Source: Bacillales bacterium (GTDB taxonomy: Bacteria > Bacillota_I > Bacilli_A > RFN20 > CAG-449). Taken from it: a DNA stretch of 64,000 nucleotides. Of the stretch, positions 18,134-26,783 are shown in pieces. The notes beneath the pieces are model-generated. The model saw nothing but the letters and a program-made list of their open reading frames with translations. It was not told the origin of the DNA and did not search any database. The translations under genes were made by a program, and so were the position numbers. The DNA lies in NCBI GenBank assembly GCA_029006735.1, contig JAQXGN010000054.1, positions 1,553 through 65,552 on the forward strand, given 5' to 3'. Every line of letters starts with the position of its first letter. Within the stretch, counting starts at the first letter, position 1.

Positions 18134-20136
18134 GCAAAAAAAGATTAGTTTTGATGGGGATATTGCTCTTTTCTTTGGTTGGATGCGGAGAACTTAGTTC
18201 ATCAAATAATGAAACGATAAGTTCTTCTTTAAATGGCTCTGATTCTAATAATACAAGTACCATTTCTGAAGAACAATCTTCAACAAACAATTATGTATCA
18301 GCAAATGAAGTGCTGAAGTCATTAAAACGAGGACCATATTGTGAAAATATTGTTACACAAGAGAATGTTGGATTGGAGAATACTGCTATGGTTGGCGTAG
18401 ATCAAAATAAATTAATTAATGAAGAAAGATACGCTGTTCCTAACGATGCAAAAGTATACATCGCTGAGGAGTATAATATCGTTTTTGATGGAGAAAATAA
18501 TTCTGGTAATCTTTCGATTTTAATCAATAGTCTGAAAAATGTTGCTGGTAATAAAGTAATAAAATTTAAAAAGGGAACTTATCGTTTTACTAACTTTATT
18601 TCTGCCGAAGAAGTATCTGATTTATACTTGGTCGGAGAGGAAGGTACTTATTTTGAATATATTGGATGGGGAACATATTTTGAAGCAAAAGTATGTAAGA
18701 ATATTCATATCAACAATATTATTTTTGATATGAAATACTCTCCAACTATTTCAGGAACTATTATTGCAATAGATGAATCTTCTGATCCTGTAATCACATT
18801 GTCGATTCCAGAAGAATTTGATTTGACTTATTCTATGTATGAATCATGGGATGCAAAAACAGGTTCATATATGGAGTGTTTCTATGATGAATCAACTGGA
18901 AAATATGTGCCAGATCGTAATAAAAATCTATTCTATAATTCGCCATCAAGTGCAGAATATAAGGGAATTGCTGGTGTGACATATCGAAACAGCTCTAGAG
19001 AATTGAATATTAAATTAAAAACTTCTTTCCCATATTGCAAATATAGAACTCCTGTAATTGGGACTAAAGTATCATTTGCATATACAATGTATGAAAATGC
19101 CGGTTTCCATTATGTTGAATGTGAGAATGTCTATTTAGAAAATGTTACTGCACATGTAGTTGGTGGTATGGGATTTAGAGCAGAAGGCGGAAAAAATGTA
19201 TATCTTAATCGTGCGAATTTTATGACACGTGATGGATCAGAAAGAATTATGACTTGTACAGCTGATATTATCCATACTATGGCAGTTGAAGGAGAAGTGA
19301 ATGTCAGTAATTGTATCTTAGAAGGTAGCCATGATGATGCGTTGAACATCAAATCTTTCTATACAAAGATTCTTTCAGTAAATCAAAGTTTAAAGGAAAT
19401 AACTGTCGCACAAACACAATCAGAAATTAATATCACTTACGCAGTCGGTGATGTTATTGATATTTATAATCCAAGTACAATGGAATATGTTGCTTCTTAT
19501 ACAATTAATGAATTACAAAGGAATGGAACGGGTTATATTTTTACAGTTGATAAAAGACCAAACCGTGATATTGCGGGTTACAATTGCGGTAATGCGACTA
19601 AAGCAACTCATATGAAATTAGTTAATTCGATTATTAGAAATAAAAGAAATCGTGGAATTTTGTTACAAGCAAGATATTCAGAAATTACAAATTGTACATT
19701 CCAAAATGTTGTTATGGGAGCTGTTCAACTTCCAGCAGTTATGGATATATTCCGTGAAGCCATTGCCCCACGTGATGTTGTTTTAGCGAATAATAAATTT
19801 TTGAATAATTATGATGATATCTCTGTCTTTAGTTATGGAGAAGATGGTCCAAATGGAGCTAAAGCAAACACTATTACTAATATAGAGATTTGTAACAATT
19901 ATTTTTATAACGGATATGGAACTCCAGTTAATTTACGTGGTACTGGAAGTGTTAAAGTACACAATAATCTCTTTGAATATGATAAAGGAAGAACAAACTA
20001 TTTAGCTAGTATCTATTATTCGGATAATATTGAAATTTATGATAATGTTGCTTATTTATCTGGGCTTAATATTGAATGGCTCTATAAAGAAGAAACATCA
20101 GTGGTTAAGAGTGAAAATAATGAGAAAAGGAGTTAA
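18130..20136 (+). CDS. surface lipoprotein, right-handed beta-helix enzyme (family unassigned)
   Basis: Lipobox LFSLVGC|GE and a Ser-rich linker. Motifs GSHDDALNIKSFY and NSIIRNKRNRGILLQA are shared with the next gene. Repetitive N-x-hydrophobic beta-helix-like turns. Confidence 0.65.
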   Translation: MSKKRLVLMGILLFSLVGCGELSSSNNETISSSLNGSDSNNTSTISEEQSSTNNYVSANEVLKSLKRGPYCENIVTQENVGLENTAMVGVDQNKLINEERYAVPNDAKVYIAEEYNIVFDGENNSGNLSILINSLKNVAGNKVIKFKKGTYRFTNFISAEEVSDLYLVGEEGTYFEYIGWGTYFEAKVCKNIHINNIIFDMKYSPTISGTIIAIDESSDPVITLSIPEEFDLTYSMYESWDAKTGSYMECFYDESTGKYVPDRNKNLFYNSPSSAEYKGIAGVTYRNSSRELNIKLKTSFPYCKYRTPVIGTKVSFAYTMYENAGFHYVECENVYLENVTAHVVGGMGFRAEGGKNVYLNRANFMTRDGSERIMTCTADIIHTMAVEGEVNVSNCILEGSHDDALNIKSFYTKILSVNQSLKEITVAQTQSEINITYAVGDVIDIYNPSTMEYVASYTINELQRNGTGYIFTVDKRPNRDIAGYNCGNATKATHMKLVNSIIRNKRNRGILLQARYSEITNCTFQNVVMGAVQLPAVMDIFREAIAPRDVVLANNKFLNNYDDISVFSYGEDGPNGAKANTITNIEICNNYFYNGYGTPVNLRGTGSVKVHNNLFEYDKGRTNYLASIYYSDNIEIYDNVAYLSGLNIEWLYKEETSVVKSENNEKRS

Positions 20137-20138
20137 AG

Positions 20139-23100
20139 ATGAAAAAGTTTAAGATTTTAAGTGCGTTATTATTTCTTTCTTTACTTGTACCCGGATTATC
20201 AAGTTGTGGTAATCATTCAACTTCTGATACTTCAATTAAAGAAGAAGTACATGTTGAATCGATTAATGTTACGGCAAGTCAAGACTTTGTCAAAGTGGGT
20301 CAAAGTTTAAAATTAACTGTAACTGTATTACCAAGTAATGTGACAACTACAAAAAATGTTGATTTTTCTTCCGATTCTGAACATCTCAGTGTCTCAAGTG
20401 ATGGTACTGTGACAGGAGTAAGTATTGGGGAAGGAAATATTATTGTTACTTCTAAGGATAATCAAGTAACAGGTTCCATTCATTTAAAAGTAGTATCTAA
20501 TAGTGAAAATGCTTATCTCAGTGTTAGTGAATATGGAAACAAACTTGCTTCTACTCCATATACGATAAAAGATATCGGTGGTCAAGAAAAATATGGATTG
20601 AGCGATGGAAGTAATGTCGGAGTTATTGAAGAAAATATTAAAGAATTATATGCAAGTAAAAGTGATGCAGAATTCGATGCAGATGCTTTAATTAATGTTG
20701 AAAATATTGATTTATCTCAAGTTAATAAGTACTTTGATTCAATTAGCCAAGTAAATGATTATTATCGCATTCAAACTGCAATTTATTTAGCAAAAGATTT
20801 AAATAGCCAAGGCAAAGAAGCAAAAATCAAACTACCAAAAAGAACAATGAATGTTGATGCAAGTCTTTCTTCTTCGGTTTATGCTTTTGTAGCAGATGGA
20901 TTAAATGGAACTTATTTTGAAGGTGATGAAACAGTTATTTGTTTAACTGTAAAAGACGCTTCTTGGAAAGGATATTTTAATTTTGTTAATAGTGAAAATA
21001 TTCATTTAAATGGATTTACTATGAAATTAGCTGTTCCAAGTACATTAACAGGAACAATTATTGACGCTGATGTGGATGCAAAAACTGTTAAATTAAGTGT
21101 TCCATCCGAATTCAACGAGTTAATCGAAAAACTTCAAACTTGTTCTCCAAGTATTAGATCTTGGGTTGAATTTGATGCGAATACCAAAGCACCTTTACAG
21201 AATGGTAATTTCCTTGTTGATTCTTTTAAATCATATTCAATTAGTGGAAATGCTTCGGATGGATATCAATTAACTGTTAATTTCAAAAATACATTTACTA
21301 GATCTCGTAATGGATCATTAGTTTCAGTAAGTTTTAGCCAATATGATGCACATGGCTTATCTGTTAATTCTTGTAATAATGTATATGTTGAAAATATCAC
21401 AATGAATCACGCTTCTGGTATGGGCTTTGTTTCAAGTGGTACAAGCAACCTCTATATCAACCGTTTCAATCTCCAAAAAGAAGAAAATTCATCATTATTA
21501 ATGACTGCGACTGCAGACGCTATGCATTTTAATACAATGCATGATGATGTTAAAATAACTAATTCTTTAATTGAATATTCTCACGATGATGCTTTGAATA
21601 TTAAGCATGGATATTTTTATAAATTAACTGCTGCAGAAGGCGGGTCTACAAAATCAATGACTTTAACTCGTCTTACAAGCAACGTTGAAACTCCTCAACC
21701 AGGGGATAAAATAGCAGTTTATGATGAGTCTACTTTTGAAAGTTATAATCCATCTGTAGGATATTATACTATTAACACTATTGTTCCTACTTCTAATGGA
21801 TATCAAGTAACTGTTAAAGAAAGAATGAGCAATGTCGGAGAATGGGGGACAGCTCGAGTAACATTCATTTCTAACACTCCTAATTTTGAATTCAGCAATA
21901 ATATTATTAGAAATAAAAGAAATCGTGGAATTTTACTACAAGTTCCAGGAGCAAAGATTGTTAATAATACATTTATGAATGTTGGACATGGATCAATTCA
22001 AGCTGCGACTGCAATGGATGTTTATAATGAAGCAACACTACCACAAGATTTAACGATTATTAATAATAAATTTATTAATAACTGCTATATTAAGCCAGAA
22101 CCACTTTATGGTGATATTGCAATATTCGCAATCGCCAATAATGGTACAGTTGCACCAGCGGGAACTTTAGCAAATGCAAAAATAAGCAATAATTTTATCA
22201 CTAAGAACGGAAATGCTGCAATTTCAATTCGTGGTGTTGGAAATTCAAATATTTCTGATAATTTCTTCTATGAATGTAGTAGAACACAACCATCTGGTGC
22301 AGGATTTAATTGTTTATTACATATTTATAATTGCGATAAGATCACACTTGATGGTAATTACAATGAATATACGCTTGATAAGGGATTAAGTGGAATTATT
22401 TTACAAGGCAAAACAAGTCAAAATATGATTAATGTTCTTGATACAAATAAAAATATTGAATTCCAAAGAAATGATGATGCTGGTCCAGAAGTGGAAGTAA
22501 AGAAAACTACACGTAGTATTGTGATTGATGGTGATCTTTCTGATTGGAGCAATGATTTATTAGATATTCAAATCGATGGCTGTTCTGATGCAGAAGGAAC
22601 AAAACGTACATTGACAGAATTAAATGATCATTTTGCTGTAAATAAATTAAAAATGACTTATGACAATGAAGCAATCTATTTGTGCTTTGATGTTTTTGAT
22701 AATCAACTAAATGTTAAAACGATTAATGATTTCTGGTTAGGAGATTGTGTTGAATTGTTCATGTCAACAATTACCAATATGCCAACCGCAGATTTACAAG
22801 TTTATAAAGATGAAGGAGGTGTATTACAAGCTGCTTTTGCTCCAGGATGGGGATCACAAGGGTATTGCACATTATCATCAGTGCGTACTAACAAATCATA
22901 TTTAGAAAAGAAGAGTATGATTTCCTCAATCGTAAATACTACTTCGACAGGGTATGTCGGAGAAGTTAAAATCCCATTTACTTTCGCTCCAGAATTTAAA
23001 GAAGCGATTGATGCGGGTAAACCGATTGATATGGCAATTATTGTAGCTGATGCGGAAAGAAATGAAATATCACTTAAACGTATTCAAGTTGGCAATGTTC

Positions 23101-23162
23101 CTCATTTTGTAGAAGATTACAAAACAAAAACAGCGCGAATGCCACAATATTATTTTAAATAA
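20139..23162 (+). CDS. surface lipoprotein: Big_2 Ig-like domain, paralogous beta-helix enzyme and CBM9-like C-terminal domain
   Basis: Lipobox PGLSSC|GN. Big_2-like VESINVTASQDFVKVGQSLKLTVTVLP...SSDGTVTGVSIGEGNIIVTS. Motifs YSHDDALNIKHGY and NNIIRNKRNRGILLQV. The C-terminal DGDLSDWSN...FWLGDCVELFMS resembles CBM9/DOMON-like sugar-binding domains. Confidence 0.65.
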   Translation: MKKFKILSALLFLSLLVPGLSSCGNHSTSDTSIKEEVHVESINVTASQDFVKVGQSLKLTVTVLPSNVTTTKNVDFSSDSEHLSVSSDGTVTGVSIGEGNIIVTSKDNQVTGSIHLKVVSNSENAYLSVSEYGNKLASTPYTIKDIGGQEKYGLSDGSNVGVIEENIKELYASKSDAEFDADALINVENIDLSQVNKYFDSISQVNDYYRIQTAIYLAKDLNSQGKEAKIKLPKRTMNVDASLSSSVYAFVADGLNGTYFEGDETVICLTVKDASWKGYFNFVNSENIHLNGFTMKLAVPSTLTGTIIDADVDAKTVKLSVPSEFNELIEKLQTCSPSIRSWVEFDANTKAPLQNGNFLVDSFKSYSISGNASDGYQLTVNFKNTFTRSRNGSLVSVSFSQYDAHGLSVNSCNNVYVENITMNHASGMGFVSSGTSNLYINRFNLQKEENSSLLMTATADAMHFNTMHDDVKITNSLIEYSHDDALNIKHGYFYKLTAAEGGSTKSMTLTRLTSNVETPQPGDKIAVYDESTFESYNPSVGYYTINTIVPTSNGYQVTVKERMSNVGEWGTARVTFISNTPNFEFSNNIIRNKRNRGILLQVPGAKIVNNTFMNVGHGSIQAATAMDVYNEATLPQDLTIINNKFINNCYIKPEPLYGDIAIFAIANNGTVAPAGTLANAKISNNFITKNGNAAISIRGVGNSNISDNFFYECSRTQPSGAGFNCLLHIYNCDKITLDGNYNEYTLDKGLSGIILQGKTSQNMINVLDTNKNIEFQRNDDAGPEVEVKKTTRSIVIDGDLSDWSNDLLDIQIDGCSDAEGTKRTLTELNDHFAVNKLKMTYDNEAIYLCFDVFDNQLNVKTINDFWLGDCVELFMSTITNMPTADLQVYKDEGGVLQAAFAPGWGSQGYCTLSSVRTNKSYLEKKSMISSIVNTTSTGYVGEVKIPFTFAPEFKEAIDAGKPIDMAIIVADAERNEISLKRIQVGNVPHFVEDYKTKTARMPQYYFK

Positions 23163-23204
23163 GATAACAAATTCTTCAAATTGTTAGAAAGGAGAGAGAT
23201 ACAA

Positions 23205-25223
23205 ATGAAGAAAAAAATTATTTCATTGGTTGCTCTTACTGCAGTAATCCTATTCGGTCTTACAGCATGTCAAGAACCAACCCCATCAACTCAACCATCA
23301 TCGGATAGTGCATCTGTGGTAACATCAAATGATCCAACATCAAATAATCCAACATCTGAACAACCTGTTACTTCATCTAATACTGTTACAACATCAGAAG
23401 CACCAACCTCTTCACCAAGTTCGAACATTGTAATTGGTGATCCTACACTTACCATCAGCGGAGAAAAATCATTTACTGTCGCTGCTGGAGAAAATCTTAC
23501 ACTTCCTACTGTAAGTGCTAAAGATTATGATAACAAAGATTTAACTTCTTTAATAGAAGTTGAAGACTTGTTTGAAAACAAGACAATTTCAAAGGGCGTA
23601 TTCAATGCTAAAACAGCGGGAGTTCATCGTTTAGCATATTCTGTTGAAACTGAAGATGGAAGATATGCTGAAGATGAAATTCAAGTTACAGTAACACCTC
23701 GTCACGAAGAGACATTTGATGTAACTGACCATAATGATCCTGCAGCAATCAAAACATATGGAACTTTTAAAGAAAACTTTGCAAAAGGACGTAAATCACC
23801 ACTTGCAGCAGTAACAGATTCTAATAATGGATCATATTTAACTGCAACTGAGGAAGCTATTAATGGTAACTCAATGGTTATTTTACCAAACCAATTAGCA
23901 GGTTCTGCTTCTAACTCATTATTCTTAGGTGCATTCAATGATTCATTTAATCGTGGTGTAGCAACTACATATCATGTTTCATTCAAATATAAAGTATTAG
24001 AAGGTTCTCAAGCAGATTTAAGCAATTTCTATTTTGGTTTATCTTGGGATGAATTTTCTGGATTAAATAATGCGTTCGTTGGTAATAAATGTGAAATTGG
24101 AACTGTTTATGAATATTCTTGTTCTTTCCCAGGCACAAAAGTAGCAACGACTGGAAATGCTTATTTCTTCTTCTTTAAATTAACAGCAGCTGCTACAGAA
24201 ACAAAAGTTGTAATTGATGACTTCGTTGTTTCTGCAGAAGAATGTGCTGCAATTACTGAAGTCACTCCAACAGCAGCTGATTTACAAGCTTCAGGTGGAT
24301 TTACATGGGATTGGTCTAGTAAAGGAGGTTCATTCTCTAATGGTTCACCAGTCATCATTGACAATTTAGATAATAATGAAGCAAAAACAGCAATGAAAGC
24401 TAGCGAAGATTTTGGAACTAACGCAATTAGATTAATCAATGCAGATGGACACTTATTCTCTGGATTAACTAAAGATAATATGATTGTTGATAAAAAACTT
24501 ATTATCGATATGACATATTATGCAGTAAACGGAAATGGATTCTATCTAATCATGATGGGTACTAATGGTAATCCAACTCAAACTGTTACTACTACAAATG
24601 AAGGAAATATATATAAAGTACATTTAGAAACTAAGATTGAATCTGGATGGTATCAATTAAATGTTTACGGCGCTAATAATCCAAATTTTGAAATATACTT
24701 AGGTAAAATGAATGTTCAAATTACTGAGCCAGATGTAGTTGAAGTTGGAAAAACACCATTAGGATATCAAGTAGGTAAAACATGGAACTATGGAAATCGT
24801 CAATGGGGTCCAGAAACAAAAACAAATTGGAAGTTAGAAGCTTTCGATGGCAATGCTGATGTAATTGCAAATTCCAAAATGGGTTCAGCACCATGGAAAG
24901 CATCTTTCTTAACAAGTAATTCTACAATGGAATGGTGTCAAATGGGTGGTCAAGTAATGGAAAACAAACAAACATATGAAATTACTGTGACTTATTATGT
25001 AAAAGAATGGGCTGGTGGAAAATTAATGTATAACTTTGATAACAATGTTTTCCCTGAAGTCGGTTCTGGTAACTATACATCAGTTGGATTCCATGAAGAA
25101 ACTATTAGATGGAAAGCAGATCGTAATGTTGATTTCTTCTCATTCTATATTCCAGGAGATACTGCAGTTCCTGGTGTATTCTACATTGCTAATGTAAGTG
25201 TAAAATTAGTGGAAACAGCATAA
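23205..25223 (+). CDS. surface lipoprotein with S/T/P-rich linker, Ig-like (DUF5011-like) domain and three CBM-like beta-sandwich modules
   Basis: ATG 23205 follows SD aaaggagag. Lipobox LFGLTAC|QE. Linker PTPSTQPSSDSASVVTSNDPTSNNPTSEQPVTSS. The Ig-like segment is PTLTISGEKSFTVAAGENLTLPTVSAKDYDNKDLT...YSVETEDGRYAEDEIQVTV. No catalytic motif recognised. Confidence 0.6.
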   Translation: MKKKIISLVALTAVILFGLTACQEPTPSTQPSSDSASVVTSNDPTSNNPTSEQPVTSSNTVTTSEAPTSSPSSNIVIGDPTLTISGEKSFTVAAGENLTLPTVSAKDYDNKDLTSLIEVEDLFENKTISKGVFNAKTAGVHRLAYSVETEDGRYAEDEIQVTVTPRHEETFDVTDHNDPAAIKTYGTFKENFAKGRKSPLAAVTDSNNGSYLTATEEAINGNSMVILPNQLAGSASNSLFLGAFNDSFNRGVATTYHVSFKYKVLEGSQADLSNFYFGLSWDEFSGLNNAFVGNKCEIGTVYEYSCSFPGTKVATTGNAYFFFFKLTAAATETKVVIDDFVVSAEECAAITEVTPTAADLQASGGFTWDWSSKGGSFSNGSPVIIDNLDNNEAKTAMKASEDFGTNAIRLINADGHLFSGLTKDNMIVDKKLIIDMTYYAVNGNGFYLIMMGTNGNPTQTVTTTNEGNIYKVHLETKIESGWYQLNVYGANNPNFEIYLGKMNVQITEPDVVEVGKTPLGYQVGKTWNYGNRQWGPETKTNWKLEAFDGNADVIANSKMGSAPWKASFLTSNSTMEWCQMGGQVMENKQTYEITVTYYVKEWAGGKLMYNFDNNVFPEVGSGNYTSVGFHEETIRWKADRNVDFFSFYIPGDTAVPGVFYIANVSVKLVETA

Positions 25224-25240
25224 TTATAAAATAATTAATT

Positions 25241-25270
25241 GGGTGGGTGACTTAACACCCACCTGATTTT
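25241..25270 (+). terminator. rho-independent terminator
   Basis: GC-rich stem gggtgggtg / cacccacc with loop acttaa, then tgatttt. Confidence 0.6.
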
Positions 25271-25283
25271 GTGGAGGAATCAC

Positions 25284-26783
25284 ATGAAAATTGCTAATGG
25301 TGATTTATTTCGTCGTATTCTTTTAAACTATAAAAGATTAACAGAATCATTATATTCATATCCAGAAGTCTTTAAACAGAATAGCGATTGGCCGGGAGAT
25401 TTTGAAGGGCGAAGCATTTTGGCTTTGACCTCTCTTTATCGTGCGCTTCAAGGAAATGAAAAAGAACAAAGTGTTGTAATGGAACATTTACAACAAATAT
25501 TTTTGCATATTGATGAATTTTTAAATAATGATGGGTATTTTGGCAATAAATTTGATGGTCAAGTTGTGAATGAACAACAATTATCGGGAAATTCTTGGTA
25601 TATTAGAGGACTGATTGATTATTATCGTTTGACTGGTGAAAAAAAATGTATTAAATACTTAAAATCTATTGTAAAAAATTATCTTATTCCAATCGCACCT
25701 TTTTTTGAAAAATATCCTTCTTCTATAAGAGATTTTGGTGGAGTAGGTGGACATGAGTGCGGTACAATAATTGATAGTTGGAAGGTTTCAACTGATGTCG
25801 GATGTGCATTTATTTCTTTAGATGGATATACCGCTATTTATGAATTACTTCCAGATCCAATCTTAAAAGAAAAAATAGCGGGAATTATTAGAAAATTTTT
25901 GACAATTGATTATATTTCTTTAGAATGTCAAACACATGCAACATTATCTTGCACTAGAGGAATATTACGTTTTTATCAATGCACTAAAGATGTAAAATAT
26001 TTAGAATATGCGAAAAAAATATTCAACAAATATATTCAATATGGAATGACTTTAGATTATGGCAATATTAATTGGTTTAATCGACCTTCAACTTGGACCG
26101 AACCTTGTTGCATTATCGATAGTATGATTATAAGTAAACAACTTTATTTGTTGACAGAGAATGAAGATTATCTTAAGTTGTTTAATCGTATTTATGTTAA
26201 TGAACTAAGAACGTTTCAACGCTCTAATGGAGGAGCAGGATGCTCTACCTGTGCATATGGTAACAACAATGAATTGAAGATGTATTTATATGAAGCATAT
26301 TTTTGTTGCACAATGCGTCTTTCTAATGGATTTAGTGAGATTGTAGATTTCTCAAGTTTTTATAAAGAGAAAAAACTACTTTTACCGATTTCTTGTGATG
26401 GTCAATATTACGATGATAATGTCGATTTATCATTCCAAAATGATGTATATTCTCATGATGAGATTGTTTTAACTATTAATGCGATAAATGAACCATTAAA
26501 TCTATATCTATATGTCCCAAATTTTGCTTGTTGTGATTCATATGAAAAAGTAAATGGTTTAATTAACTTAACTATTGATAAACCAGGAAAAATAATAATC
26601 CCAATTACCCTTCTTATTAGAAATGAAGGTAAGTTACTTCTTAGGGGTGATATGTTATTGACAACAAAAGCTCAAAGTGACAAAGAAACCATTTTCTTAT
26701 ATAATGGAAAGGAGTATTCTCCATTATATGATAATTCGCAATTTGAAGAAGAGGAATTAAAAGGAAAAATTCAATATGTCTAA
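25284..26783 (+). CDS. cytoplasmic GH127/DUF1680-like (alpha/alpha)6 glycoside hydrolase candidate
   Basis: ATG 25284 has SD ggagg 6 nt upstream. No signal peptide. E-x-C (TEPCC) and a C-C pair (YFCCTMR) 68 aa apart resemble the Glu/Cys Zn-site and catalytic Cys-Cys of GH127 beta-L-arabinofuranosidase, from memory of HypBA1. Confidence 0.45.
   Translation: MKIANGDLFRRILLNYKRLTESLYSYPEVFKQNSDWPGDFEGRSILALTSLYRALQGNEKEQSVVMEHLQQIFLHIDEFLNNDGYFGNKFDGQVVNEQQLSGNSWYIRGLIDYYRLTGEKKCIKYLKSIVKNYLIPIAPFFEKYPSSIRDFGGVGGHECGTIIDSWKVSTDVGCAFISLDGYTAIYELLPDPILKEKIAGIIRKFLTIDYISLECQTHATLSCTRGILRFYQCTKDVKYLEYAKKIFNKYIQYGMTLDYGNINWFNRPSTWTEPCCIIDSMIISKQLYLLTENEDYLKLFNRIYVNELRTFQRSNGGAGCSTCAYGNNNELKMYLYEAYFCCTMRLSNGFSEIVDFSSFYKEKKLLLPISCDGQYYDDNVDLSFQNDVYSHDEIVLTINAINEPLNLYLYVPNFACCDSYEKVNGLINLTIDKPGKIIIPITLLIRNEGKLLLRGDMLLTTKAQSDKETIFLYNGKEYSPLYDNSQFEEEELKGKIQYV

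Noticed and set aside
17943-18290. 115-aa antisense ORF across the SBP / beta-helix lipoprotein junction, and similar antisense or off-frame track ORFs. These are 3631-3813, 5198-5380, 5864-6073, 8642-8860, 16662-16901, 19131-19352, 23702-23938, 24161-24439, 24721-24915, 29272-29490, 30400-30684, 32041-32352, 36756-37022, 37859-38122, 38527-38745, 39194-39481, 39611-39841, 41286-41614, 44409-44669, 45120-45573, 51556-51807, 54233-54439, 55262-55486, 56191-56421, 57590-57958, 58553-58753 and 58862-59086.
   Set aside because: All are embedded in, or antisense to, genes with strong motif support. They lack SD sequences and translate to low-complexity peptides.
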